From assembly GCA_963828735.1 (NCBI GenBank), contig CAWHFW010000005.1, positions 2,336,001-2,400,000 of the forward strand: a stretch of DNA of 64,000 bases, read 5' to 3'. Shown piece after piece: positions 37,275 through 46,393 of this stretch; position 1 is the first letter of the stretch; each line of letters opens with the position of its first letter. Source of the stretch: an uncultured Gemmatimonadales bacterium. Lineage in GTDB: Bacteria; Gemmatimonadota; Gemmatimonadetes; Gemmatimonadales; GWC2-71-9. The position numbers and the translations under genes were made by a program. Under the pieces are notes generated by a model. It worked only from the letters and a program-made list of their open reading frames with translations, was not told the origin of the DNA and searched no databases.

Positions 37275-38288
37275 ATGCCGTTCATCGACACGAAACGCCA
37301 GCGGGCCGCGCTCCTCATTACCGCGCTGGGCCTCGGTCTGGCCTACGCGCTCTGGCCGTTCATCACCGGGCTCATGGGTGCCCTGGTGCTCTACGTCGTG
37401 TTCAGCCCGATGCACCGGGCGATGGTGCGGCGCGGCGCTCACCCGAGCGTGTCGGCCGGCATCGTGGTGCTGTTGGGACTCGTGTTGGTGGTGGGCCCCG
37501 GGGTCTCATTCATCGGCGTGCTGGCCAACCAGGCGCAGGACATGGCGCAGGGCGTGCTCTCCAGCCCGCTGCTCGTCCGCCTGCGGGCGCTTCGAGTGGG
37601 GCCGTACGACATCGGCGCCCAGATCGAGGCCCTCGGCTCGCAGATCGTGAGCTGGGCGGGGAGCAGGGCCATCCTGGTGGTCGGAACGGCCACCCGCATC
37701 GGCATCCAGCTCACGATCTCGTTCTTCGGCCTCTTCTACCTGCTGGTCGCTCCCGCCGGCGCGTGGCCGGGCATCCGCCCTTTCATTCCGTTCTCGGCGA
37801 AAAACGCGGAGATTCTCCGCACCCGCTTCCGCGACGTGACCTTCTCGACGATCATCGGCACCGGGCTCACCGCGGTCGTGCAGGGTCTGCTCGTGGGCCT
37901 CGCGTTCTGGGTGGCCGGCCTCGCGAACCCGGCGTTCTGGGGAGTGGTAACGATCATCGTCGCCATCCTGCCGATCGTGGGCAGTGGGCTCATCTGGGGC
38001 CCTGGCGCTGCGTCGCTCGCGGTGGTGGGCCACTATGGCCTGGCGATCGGGGTCACGCTCTGGGGGATCCTGGTGGTGGGGAACGTGGACAACGTCATCC
38101 GGCCATACGTCTTCCGGCGCTGGGCGCGGATCCATCCCTTCATCACCGTGATCGGGGCCTTCGCGGGCATCAGCTGGTTCGGGCTGCTGGGACTGCTCAT
38201 CGGCCCGCTGGCGATCTCGTACTTCTTCGAGCTGATCCGCATGTACCGGGCCGAGTACCTCGAGGAAGAGGACGGCCTCCCCGCCTGA
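37275..38288 (+). CDS. AI-2E family transporter
   Basis: LPIVGS, DNVIRP, HP, FGLLGLLIGP. Confidence 0.88.
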   Translation: MPFIDTKRQRAALLITALGLGLAYALWPFITGLMGALVLYVVFSPMHRAMVRRGAHPSVSAGIVVLLGLVLVVGPGVSFIGVLANQAQDMAQGVLSSPLLVRLRALRVGPYDIGAQIEALGSQIVSWAGSRAILVVGTATRIGIQLTISFFGLFYLLVAPAGAWPGIRPFIPFSAKNAEILRTRFRDVTFSTIIGTGLTAVVQGLLVGLAFWVAGLANPAFWGVVTIIVAILPIVGSGLIWGPGAASLAVVGHYGLAIGVTLWGILVVGNVDNVIRPYVFRRWARIHPFITVIGAFAGISWFGLLGLLIGPLAISYFFELIRMYRAEYLEEEDGLPA

Positions 38289-38330
38289 TCGTTGAACCCG
38301 AACTTGTGCTGGCGCCGGGAACCGGAGCTG

Positions 38331-38350
38331 ATAGCTTAACGTTAAGCTAT
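38331..38350. promoter_or_regulatory. Perfect 20-bp palindromic operator for the MarR regulator
   Basis: ATAGCTTAAC|GTTAAGCTAT 15 nt upstream of the marR ATG. Confidence 0.75.
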
Positions 38351-38365
38351 TTAGAGGAGCCGCCG

Positions 38366-38818
38366 ATGCCGAAGCCGAGCCGCTACCGCCAGGACCGCAC
38401 CGAGCTCCTGGCGCTCAGCACCTATCTCAAGCTGACCCGCGCGAGCGACCGCCTCTGGGACCGGCTCGCCCTCGGTCTCCAGCGCGAGGACCTGACGCCG
38501 AGCCAGTTCGGCGTCCTGGAGGCCCTGTACCATCTGGGTTCCATGTGTCAGCGCGACCTCGGCGAGCGGATCCTCAGAAGCAGCGGCAACATGACCATGG
38601 TGATCGGGAACCTCGAGCGACGGGGCCTCGTCCGGCGCCGGCAGTCGACGACGGACCGGCGATATCACCAGGTGGATCTGACCGCGGCAGGCGAACGGCT
38701 CATCCGCCGCGTCTTCCCGGTCCATGCCGCTGCGATCACCCGCGCGCTCGCGGTGCTCTCACAGGACGAGCAGCGAGCCCTCGGACATCTTTGTCGAAAG
38801 CTGGGAGCGGTTCCATGA
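38366..38818 (+). CDS. MarR-family repressor (MhqR-like)
   Basis: LTPSQFGVLEALYH, SSGNMT, LERRGLV, DRR. Confidence 0.9.
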   Translation: MPKPSRYRQDRTELLALSTYLKLTRASDRLWDRLALGLQREDLTPSQFGVLEALYHLGSMCQRDLGERILRSSGNMTMVIGNLERRGLVRRRQSTTDRRYHQVDLTAAGERLIRRVFPVHAAAITRALAVLSQDEQRALGHLCRKLGAVP

Positions 38819-39765
38819 GCATTCATCACGTGACGGCCATCGCGGGCGACCCGCAGCGCAACCTCGACTTCTACGCCGGCGTGCTCGGACTGCGCCTCGT
38901 GAAGCTGACAGTCAACTTCGACGACCCGGGCACATATCATCTGTACTTCGGCGATGAGATGGGCCGGCCGGGCTCCATCCTCACGTTCTTTCCCTGGCCG
39001 AACGGCCGCCGGGGCCGGCAGGGCACGGGGCAGGTCGGCTCCGTGTCGCTGGCCATCCCGCCGGCGTCGCTCGGCTTCTGGATCGAGCGGCTGGTGCGGC
39101 ACGGGGTGAAATTCGAGGGACCGTCCCGTCGGTTCGACGAGCAGGTGCTCGCCTTCGCCGACCCCGACGGGCTCCTCCTCGAGCTGATCGCCACGTCGAG
39201 GGTCGAACACGTGGCGCCATGGCTCGACGGGCCCGTCCCTGCGGAGCATGCGGTGCGCGGCCTGCATGGCGGGACGATCTGGGAGGACGGCGACCGTGGC
39301 ACGGCCGAGTTCCTGACGACGCGGATGGGCTTCCGTCCCGTCGGGCAGGAGGACAACCGGGTGCGGTTCGAGTCCGCGGCCGCGGGTGTCGGCACCGTCG
39401 TGGATCTGCGGCGAGTACCTGGTTTCTGGGCCGGTGGGACGGGCGTCGGAACCGTGCACCACATTGCCTTCCGTGCCCCGTCGGACGACGATCAGCTCGA
39501 ACGGCGCGCGCGCATCGAGGCAACCGGCCTGTCCGTCACCCCGGTCGTGGACCGGCAGTATTTCCGCTCGGTCTACTTCCGTGAGCCCGGCGGCGTCCTG
39601 TTCGAGATCGCGACCGACGCCCCGGGGTTCGCGATCGACGAGCCGGCGGCCGAGCTGGGAACGCATCTCATGCTTCCGCCGATGTACGAGCCGATGCGCG
39701 ATCGCATCGAACGGACCCTGCCCCCCGTACGGTTGCCGCACGCGACCGCGGAGGAGACGTCATGA
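38815..39765 (+). CDS. Ring-cleaving dioxygenase/VOC family (MhqA/E/O-like)
   Basis: IHHVTAI, TVNFDDP.TYHLYFG, VHHIAFR, DRQYFRSVYFREPGG. Confidence 0.92.
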   Translation: MSIHHVTAIAGDPQRNLDFYAGVLGLRLVKLTVNFDDPGTYHLYFGDEMGRPGSILTFFPWPNGRRGRQGTGQVGSVSLAIPPASLGFWIERLVRHGVKFEGPSRRFDEQVLAFADPDGLLLELIATSRVEHVAPWLDGPVPAEHAVRGLHGGTIWEDGDRGTAEFLTTRMGFRPVGQEDNRVRFESAAAGVGTVVDLRRVPGFWAGGTGVGTVHHIAFRAPSDDDQLERRARIEATGLSVTPVVDRQYFRSVYFREPGGVLFEIATDAPGFAIDEPAAELGTHLMLPPMYEPMRDRIERTLPPVRLPHATAEETS

Positions 39766-40397
39766 CAACGCCTGCGCTCGGCTACATCCACCGATTCGCC
39801 CCGGCCACGCTTCCGGGCCTTCCGCCGCTGCTCCTGCTCCACGGGACTGGCGGGAATGAGGACGATCTGCTGCCCCTGGGCGAGCGGCTCCTCCCCGGCG
39901 CCGCACTGCTCAGCCCGCGCGGGCAGGTGCTGGAGCGCGGCATGCCGCGGTTCTTCCGCCGGCTGGCGGAAGGGGTCTTCGACATCGACGACCTGCGGAG
40001 ACGGACCGACGAGCTGGCCGAATTCGTGGCGGCGGCCCGGAATGCTTACAACCTCGCATTGCCGCCCATCGCGGTGGGCTTCTCCAACGGCGCCAACATC
40101 GCCGCGGCGCTGCTCCTGCTTCGGCCCGGTACGATCGGCGGGGGCGTGTTGATGCGCCCGATGGTGCCGCTGGTGCCCGATCCGTTGCCTTCGCTCGGGG
40201 GCGTGCCGGTCCAGATCAATGCCGGGCTGGCGGATCCGATCGTCACGCCCGACCAGAGCGAAGCGCTGGGCGATCTGCTCCGGCGCGCGGGGGCCAATGT
40301 GTCGCTCGACTGGATCCATGGTGGGCACAACCTCACCCCGTCGGATCTCGAGCTCGGCATGCGATTCCTGAGTGGATATGCGAACGCGGCTCGTTGA
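39762..40397 (+). CDS. Alpha/beta hydrolase (MhqD-like carboxylesterase)
   Basis: LLHGTGG, GFSNGA, D, GGH. Confidence 0.9.
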   Translation: MTTPALGYIHRFAPATLPGLPPLLLLHGTGGNEDDLLPLGERLLPGAALLSPRGQVLERGMPRFFRRLAEGVFDIDDLRRRTDELAEFVAAARNAYNLALPPIAVGFSNGANIAAALLLLRPGTIGGGVLMRPMVPLVPDPLPSLGGVPVQINAGLADPIVTPDQSEALGDLLRRAGANVSLDWIHGGHNLTPSDLELGMRFLSGYANAAR

Positions 40398-40561
40398 ACG
40401 GGCCGCGTTCGGTCTTTGTTCTCTTTCGCGGTTGCTCGGCACATCGCAATGGTAAGATGTTGCCGCCTCGTGCGGCCCTCCGGGCGTATGGCGCCGCCCA
40501 CTCTGTCCCCCGCCGGCCGGCGCCGCAGTACGGTCGGCCCGTCGCACTGAGGACCTATGTG

Positions 40562-40888
40562 ATGCTCTCAACTGCCCTTGAACAGGAGCGTCTCCTCATC
40601 GCCGGACGCCTGCTCTCCGAGATCGAACGTCGTCACGGACTTCCGCACCCGATTCAACGCGAGCTTCACCCCGTCATCATGGACCGTTTCCTCGCCGTCT
40701 ATCTCCCCGAAGCACGGGAGGGAGAACCGGTCCCGCAAGTGCTCGAATACGCCTTCGCGGGCACACTGGCCGACGCGCTGAACCTGCTTCGCGACGTCGT
40801 CAGTGAATCGCCCGACGGCCGAGGCGCCGCTCTGTACGTGCACGATCTGGACACCGGCGTCTCCGCGGACACACGGGAGCCGCACTGA
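40562..40888 (+). CDS. Hypothetical protein
   Basis: GAGGA RBS, plausible codon use. Confidence 0.55.
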   Translation: MLSTALEQERLLIAGRLLSEIERRHGLPHPIQRELHPVIMDRFLAVYLPEAREGEPVPQVLEYAFAGTLADALNLLRDVVSESPDGRGAALYVHDLDTGVSADTREPH

Positions 40889-40929
40889 ACTTTCCCGTCT
40901 CATTCGGAGTCAAAGGCGAGCGCGTCCCA

Positions 40930-41901
40930 ATGGTGGTCGCGCTCGCCTTGCTGTTGCTGGGCCTCTGGCGTGCGTCGGCGAGGGCACAGGACGCCGACGT
41001 CTCGTTGCCGGACCTCGCGGTCCGACTCGCGGCCATGACGGCGGTGACCGGCTACGAGCAGGCCATGGTGGACTCGCTCCTCACCCTGCTGCCGGGGGCA
41101 TCCCGCGATCGGGCCGGCAACGCCGTCGTGGCGCTCGGCGCGGGCGACCGACGGCGCCTCGTGGTGTGTCCCGTGAGCGAGCCTGGCTTCGTGGTCGGGG
41201 GGGTGCGTGCGGACGGCTGGCTGACGCTGCGGCGGGCGCCCGGCGTGGTGTCGCCGTCGGTCGAGCGGCAGATCGAGGGGCAGCGCGTTACCGTCTTCGG
41301 CCGCCGGAAGCCGCTGCCGGCGGTAGTCGCGGTACGATCCATCCATCTGACCAGGGGCCGTGGCACGGGCGAGGGGGCGTTCACGGTGGATAGCGCGTAC
41401 GTGGACGTCGGTGCGACCACGGCGGCGGAGGTGGCGACCGCTGGCGTCGGCGTACTGACGCCCGTCGCGATCGCCAAGCGTCCACAGCGCTACGGAACGG
41501 ACCTTCTCGCAGCGCCGATGGCCGGCCGGCGAGCGGCCTGCGCGGCCCTCGCGCTCGCCGCCCGCCGCGTGATCGCGGAGCAGGGAATGGTGCCGGGGGA
41601 CCAGAGCGTGGTGATCGGGTTCGTGGTCGAGCAGGATCTGTCCGGCCGCGGGCTCGCGACCCTCGCGAACACGCGCGGGCCTTTCACCGAGACGGTCATC
41701 GTCGACGGCGGCGCCGGTCCGGCGGGCGCTCTCACGAGGGTGCCGGACAGCGCCACCGCGGCGCGCCTGCCGGCGCTCGGGGCGGTGACGCGGTGGTCCC
41801 TCGGGGTGCGGTACCCCGCGTCCGCGGTCGAGACGGTGTCGCTCACGGGCGCCGACTCGCTTCGCACCGCGCTCACGCGCTGGATCGGCGGCGGACAATG
41901 A
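40930..41901 (+). CDS. Degenerate M42 peptidase paralog (metal ligands lost), exported
   Basis: Colinear with downstream M42 (D.AGN, YVDVG) but CPVSE for AHLDE, AGR for DDR, EQ for EE. Confidence 0.7.
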   Translation: MVVALALLLLGLWRASARAQDADVSLPDLAVRLAAMTAVTGYEQAMVDSLLTLLPGASRDRAGNAVVALGAGDRRRLVVCPVSEPGFVVGGVRADGWLTLRRAPGVVSPSVERQIEGQRVTVFGRRKPLPAVVAVRSIHLTRGRGTGEGAFTVDSAYVDVGATTAAEVATAGVGVLTPVAIAKRPQRYGTDLLAAPMAGRRAACAALALAARRVIAEQGMVPGDQSVVIGFVVEQDLSGRGLATLANTRGPFTETVIVDGGAGPAGALTRVPDSATAARLPALGAVTRWSLGVRYPASAVETVSLTGADSLRTALTRWIGGGQ

Positions 41902-42983
41902 GGTCGGCGTGGCTTTGGCTGATGCTTGCCTCGGTTTCCCGGATGCTGGCCGCCCAGGCGCCGCCGCGCGCCGAGGTCGACTCCGTTCTCGGCGCCCTGG
42001 TCGAGACCCACGGCGTCTCGGGGATGGAGGCACCCGTGCGGGAGACCGTGCAACGCTTCCTGCCCGCCTGGGCGCGGACCAAGACCGATACCGCCGGGAA
42101 TCTCTGGCTGACCGTGGGCAAGGGCGAGCCCACCGTGGTCTTCGTGGCCCACCTCGACGAGATCGGCTTCACGGTGAAGGCGATCCGCGACGACGGAACG
42201 CTGGAGGCCGAGGCGGCGGGCGGCTTCTTCCCGACGCTCTGGGAGGGCCAGCCCGCGCTGGTGCACACGGGGAGCGGCGAAGTCCCCGGCGTGTTCGTCC
42301 CGCACGACTCAACTGCTCCTCCCACCCCCCCGGGTGCCGATCCCATCGTGCGGGTGGACGTTGGCAGCGCGGATCGCGCTGCCACCGAAGCACTGGGCAT
42401 CCAGGTCGGCCACACCGTAACGAGCCCCAAGCGCTACCTCCACCTGCTCGGCCCGCGCGCCACCGGCCGCTCGTTCGACGATCGCGTCGGATCCACGGCG
42501 CTCGTGCTGGCCGCGCGACACCTGGACCGGGCACACCTCCGGCACACGGTCATCTTCGTCTGGAGCGTCCGCGAGGAGATCGGCCTGGAGGGCGCGAGCG
42601 CCGCCGCCGCGGCCCTCGGGCTCCGGCCGGCACGGGTGCACGCCATCGACACCTTCGTGTCCGCCGACTCGCCGCTCGAGCGGCGCAACTTCGGCGTCGC
42701 GCCACTCGGGCGCGGGCCGGTGGCGCGCGCGCTGGACAACAGCTCCGTCACCCCGCCCGCCTACGTCGACTCCCTGGTCGCCTTCGCGAGAGCACGGCGC
42801 ATTCCGCTCCAGGTCGGCTCGACGAACGGTGGGAACGACGGGTCGGCTTTCGGTGACTGGGGCGTGCCCGACGTGCCGATCGGCTGGCCGCTTCGCTACT
42901 CGCATTCGCCCGCCGAGGTGGTGGATCTCCGGGACGTGGCCGCGCTCGCGCAGCTGATCGGCGCCCTCGCGGTGGGATGGTGA
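41898..42983 (+). CDS. M42-family metallo-aminopeptidase, exported
   Basis: AHLDEIG, FDDR, REEIG, AID, RYSHSP. Confidence 0.88.
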   Translation: MRSAWLWLMLASVSRMLAAQAPPRAEVDSVLGALVETHGVSGMEAPVRETVQRFLPAWARTKTDTAGNLWLTVGKGEPTVVFVAHLDEIGFTVKAIRDDGTLEAEAAGGFFPTLWEGQPALVHTGSGEVPGVFVPHDSTAPPTPPGADPIVRVDVGSADRAATEALGIQVGHTVTSPKRYLHLLGPRATGRSFDDRVGSTALVLAARHLDRAHLRHTVIFVWSVREEIGLEGASAAAAALGLRPARVHAIDTFVSADSPLERRNFGVAPLGRGPVARALDNSSVTPPAYVDSLVAFARARRIPLQVGSTNGGNDGSAFGDWGVPDVPIGWPLRYSHSPAEVVDLRDVAALAQLIGALAVGW

Positions 42984-43126
42984 GTCGGAAACCTGGGCCC
43001 TGCCGGTCCCGTCGTTGAGTGTGTGCTCGTCGGGGGGCACACATGGTCCAGTGACACGCGACCGTGATCAACCCCCGGCAGCGCGCCCGGAGCATCCCGA
43101 TCGACCACGGCCGTACTGGAGACCTC

Positions 43127-44266
43127 GTGCTCTCTCGCCTGACCACCGCCGCTCTGGGCGCGCTCGTGATCCTGTCGGGGCCGCCGGCTGCCCGCCTCCG
43201 CCGTGTCCCCGCTGACTACCCGACCATCCAGGAAGCGATCGACAGCGCCGAGCCAGGCGACACGGTGCTCGTGGCACCGGGCCGCTACGTCGAGAACATC
43301 CGTTTCGAAGGCAAGGGGATCGTGGTCGCGAGCGACTACGTCCTGAAGCACGATCCCGCGGTCATCGGTCGCACGATCATCGACGGCAGCCGCCCTCGGC
43401 ATCCCGACACGGCGAGCGTGGTCCTCATGATCGATCAGGAGGACACGACCGCGAAGCTCATCGGCTTCACGCTGACGGGCGGGCGGGGCACCATCTGGAC
43501 CGATGCCCGCCAGAAGGCGCAATACCGCGAAGGCGGCGCGGTGCTGTGCGAGCTGGGCTCGCCCGTCATCGAGCACAACGTGATCGAGGGCAACCGGGCG
43601 GTCGAAGTCGGGCCCGGCATCCTCAGCGCGGGCGGCGGCGGTATACGGTGTGGCTACGCCGAGCCGATCATCCGGAACAACGTGATCCGGAACAACCGAG
43701 GCGAGTACGGCGGCGGCGTGGTGCTGTACCACTCGGCCGGGACGGTGCGGAACAATCTGATCGTGGGGAACACGGGCGGTGCGGGACACGGCGGCTCGGG
43801 CATCTGGGTCGTCGGTGCCCTCAGCTACCGGCTCCGCAATCTCATCGAGCAGAATACGATCGTGGGCAACGTCGCCGTGCTGCCCGACTCGACGCCGACG
43901 CAGCTCGGCGGCAAAGGCGGCGGGATGATCGCGTTCGCGCCGATCCTGTTCCGCAACAACATCGTGTGGGGCAACCGGCAGGGCGCGGGTGGGCAGATCG
44001 CCCAGTCGGCGCGGCGGCCACCGGAGCTCGTCGCGAATCTGGTGCAGGACGGCACCGAGGCTGGCGCGGATCTCACGAGGAATCCGCAGTTCGCCGACAC
44101 GGTGCACTACTACCTCCGTGCCGGGTCGCCGGCCGTAGACGCGGGTGATGCGGCGTCGCCGTCGGACCCGGCCGGCAGCGCCGACGCCCGCGCGCCCGCC
44201 CTGGGCAAACGCCGCGCGGATCTCGGTGCATACGGCGGCCCTGGAAGCGCAGTGCTGTTGCCATAG
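43127..44266 (+). CDS. Exported right-handed parallel beta-helix protein
   Basis: VPADYPTIQEAID, repeated NN.I.GN / GGG motifs, SPAVDAG, DLGAYGG. Confidence 0.8.
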   Translation: MLSRLTTAALGALVILSGPPAARLRRVPADYPTIQEAIDSAEPGDTVLVAPGRYVENIRFEGKGIVVASDYVLKHDPAVIGRTIIDGSRPRHPDTASVVLMIDQEDTTAKLIGFTLTGGRGTIWTDARQKAQYREGGAVLCELGSPVIEHNVIEGNRAVEVGPGILSAGGGGIRCGYAEPIIRNNVIRNNRGEYGGGVVLYHSAGTVRNNLIVGNTGGAGHGGSGIWVVGALSYRLRNLIEQNTIVGNVAVLPDSTPTQLGGKGGGMIAFAPILFRNNIVWGNRQGAGGQIAQSARRPPELVANLVQDGTEAGADLTRNPQFADTVHYYLRAGSPAVDAGDAASPSDPAGSADARAPALGKRRADLGAYGGPGSAVLLP

Positions 44267-44295
44267 ACCTCGTTCCGAATGGACCCTCATCCAGG

Positions 44296-45294
44296 ATGCA
44301 TCCCATGCTTCTCCGCCTCCTGCCTCCCGTCGCCCTGGCGATCCTCTCGACCGCGGGCGATCCAGGCCTCCGCCCCGCGCCGGCACCGACCATCGTCGAG
44401 TACGTCATCCCTCGGCCGGGCAACTTCCCGCACGACCCCGCCGTCGCCAAGGACGGCAGCATCTGGTACACGGACCAGCGCAACAGCTACATCGGACATC
44501 TCGATCCCGAGACGGGAAAGATCGTGGACTACCCGACCCCGACGCCGGGCTCGGGGCCGCATGGTCTCACCGTGGCACCCGACGGCCACATCTGGTATAC
44601 CGGACAGGGGGCCGGACTGCTCGGACGAGTCGACCCGAAGACGGGCAGCATCACCGAGTTCGCCCTGCCCGACAACGCACGGAATCCGCACACGCCCATC
44701 TATCATCGGGATCGCGTCTGGTTCACCGACGCGAACAACAACACGTACGGCAGTCTCGATCCCGCCACGGGAAAGGCCACGGTGTACACCGCGCCGACCC
44801 CGAATTCCGTGCCGTATGGTATCGTGCCGGCGGGAGACGGCTCCATCTGGATCGCGATGCTCGGCACCAACAAGCTGGGGCACGTCGACCCGACAACCGG
44901 GGCGATGCACGAGTTCGTGCTGCCGGCCGCGGAGGCGCGTCCGCGCCGGCTCCAGGTCGGCGGCGACGGAACGGTCTGGTACACGGATTATGGTCGCGGG
45001 TATCTTGGCGCGTTGGACCCCAAGACCGGCAAGGTCCGCGAGTGGCAATCGCCCTCGCCCAACGCCGGCCCCTACGGCATCGCCATCGGTACCGACGGCC
45101 GCATCTGGTATTGCGAGTCCCGAACCGGGAACATGGTGGCGTTCGACCCGAAGACGGAGAAGATGGAGACCGTGAAGATTCCCACGCCCGGCGCGATCGT
45201 ACGGCACATGGAAACGGACAGTACCCGGGGTCGTGTGTGGCTCGCGCTCAGCGGGACGGGACGAATCGGGAAGATCGAGGTCGGGACGCATTGA
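44296..45294 (+). CDS. Vgb (virginiamycin B lyase)-like beta-propeller, exported
   Basis: About seven repeats P...DG.IW(Y/F)T...G.(L/V)DP.TG. Confidence 0.82.
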   Translation: MHPMLLRLLPPVALAILSTAGDPGLRPAPAPTIVEYVIPRPGNFPHDPAVAKDGSIWYTDQRNSYIGHLDPETGKIVDYPTPTPGSGPHGLTVAPDGHIWYTGQGAGLLGRVDPKTGSITEFALPDNARNPHTPIYHRDRVWFTDANNNTYGSLDPATGKATVYTAPTPNSVPYGIVPAGDGSIWIAMLGTNKLGHVDPTTGAMHEFVLPAAEARPRRLQVGGDGTVWYTDYGRGYLGALDPKTGKVREWQSPSPNAGPYGIAIGTDGRIWYCESRTGNMVAFDPKTEKMETVKIPTPGAIVRHMETDSTRGRVWLALSGTGRIGKIEVGTH

Positions 45295-46289
45295 GCGCGC
45301 CGCGCTCGGGGGTGGGGAACAGCCGGTCGTCGGGAGCGGAGCGGCCTCGCTCCCGAATCGGCACGCTCCTCACGCTCGTCTTCTGCACCGCCTGCGCGTC
45401 GTCCACCTCGCAGGGCGCCGCGACTCCCGGCGCCCAGACGGACCCGCGACTGCAGCACGAGCTCGAGGCGATCGTCCAGGGGTTCCACGGCGACGTCGGC
45501 CTCTACGTCCGCCACCTCCGCACGGGCGTCACCGCGGCGATCGCCGCCGACGACACCTTTCCCACGGCCAGTATGATCAAGGTGCCGATCATGATCGGCG
45601 TCTTCGACGCCATCAGCCAGGGCCGGTTCGCGTTCACCGACACGGCGCCCGAGCCGAGAGCGCGAGCCAAGTATCCCGAGGACGACATCCTCGCCGGCCT
45701 GAGCGATACCGCGCGGATCACCGTGAGCCGGCTGCTGACGCTGAGCCTGACCTACAGCGACAACTCCGCGTCGCTCTGGTTGCAGCAGCTCGCCGGCGGC
45801 GGACCCACCATCAACGACTGGCTGGAGCATCACGGTTTCGCCGTGACCCGAGTGAACGCCCGCACCGAGGGGCGCGAGGCGAGCTACGATCGCTGGGGGT
45901 GGGGGCAAACCACGCCACGCGAGATGACGCGGCTGGTGACCCTCATCCGGGAGGGCCAGGCCGTGAGCCCCGCGGCAAGTGAGGAGATGTACCGCACGAT
46001 GACCCGGAGCTTCTGGACGGGCGAGGCGCTGTCGCGGCTCCCGCCCACGGTGCAGGCCGCGTCCAAGCAGGGCGCGGTGGACCAGTCTCGCTCCGAGGTG
46101 GTGCTGGTCAACGCTCCGTCGGGAGACTACGTCTTCTGCGTTATCACCAAGAACCAGCAGGACGAGAGCTGGACGCCGGACAACGAGGGCTACGTCCTGC
46201 TCCGCCGGGTCTCGGCCGCGCTCTGGACGTACTTCGAGCCCCACCATCCGTGGAGTCCCACCGCAGGCGCCGAGGCCTTCAAGCCCTGA
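45291..46289 (+). CDS. Class A beta-lactamase-fold serine hydrolase, lipoprotein
   Basis: FPTASMIK (SxxK), SDN, TTP..M, KQG; CTAC lipobox. Confidence 0.8.
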   Translation: MSAPRSGVGNSRSSGAERPRSRIGTLLTLVFCTACASSTSQGAATPGAQTDPRLQHELEAIVQGFHGDVGLYVRHLRTGVTAAIAADDTFPTASMIKVPIMIGVFDAISQGRFAFTDTAPEPRARAKYPEDDILAGLSDTARITVSRLLTLSLTYSDNSASLWLQQLAGGGPTINDWLEHHGFAVTRVNARTEGREASYDRWGWGQTTPREMTRLVTLIREGQAVSPAASEEMYRTMTRSFWTGEALSRLPPTVQAASKQGAVDQSRSEVVLVNAPSGDYVFCVITKNQQDESWTPDNEGYVLLRRVSAALWTYFEPHHPWSPTAGAEAFKP

Positions 46290-46375
46290 CGTCGGGCCAT
46301 TAACCACTTTCCTCCGCTCGCGCGTATGTCCGATGGACCCCGGCGTTCGTGGCGGGCTTGCGCGCGGCGGGAAAT

Positions 46376-46393
46376 ATTGCATACTTATGCATT
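46376..46393. promoter_or_regulatory. ARG box (ArgR operator) overlapping the argG promoter
   Basis: ATTGCATACTTATGCATT palindrome abutting argG ATG; argR at operon end. Confidence 0.8.

Noticed and set aside
45291..46289. Bona fide class A beta-lactamase resistance gene
   Set aside because: KQG triad and no recognisable Glu166 omega-loop motif; fold-level call only
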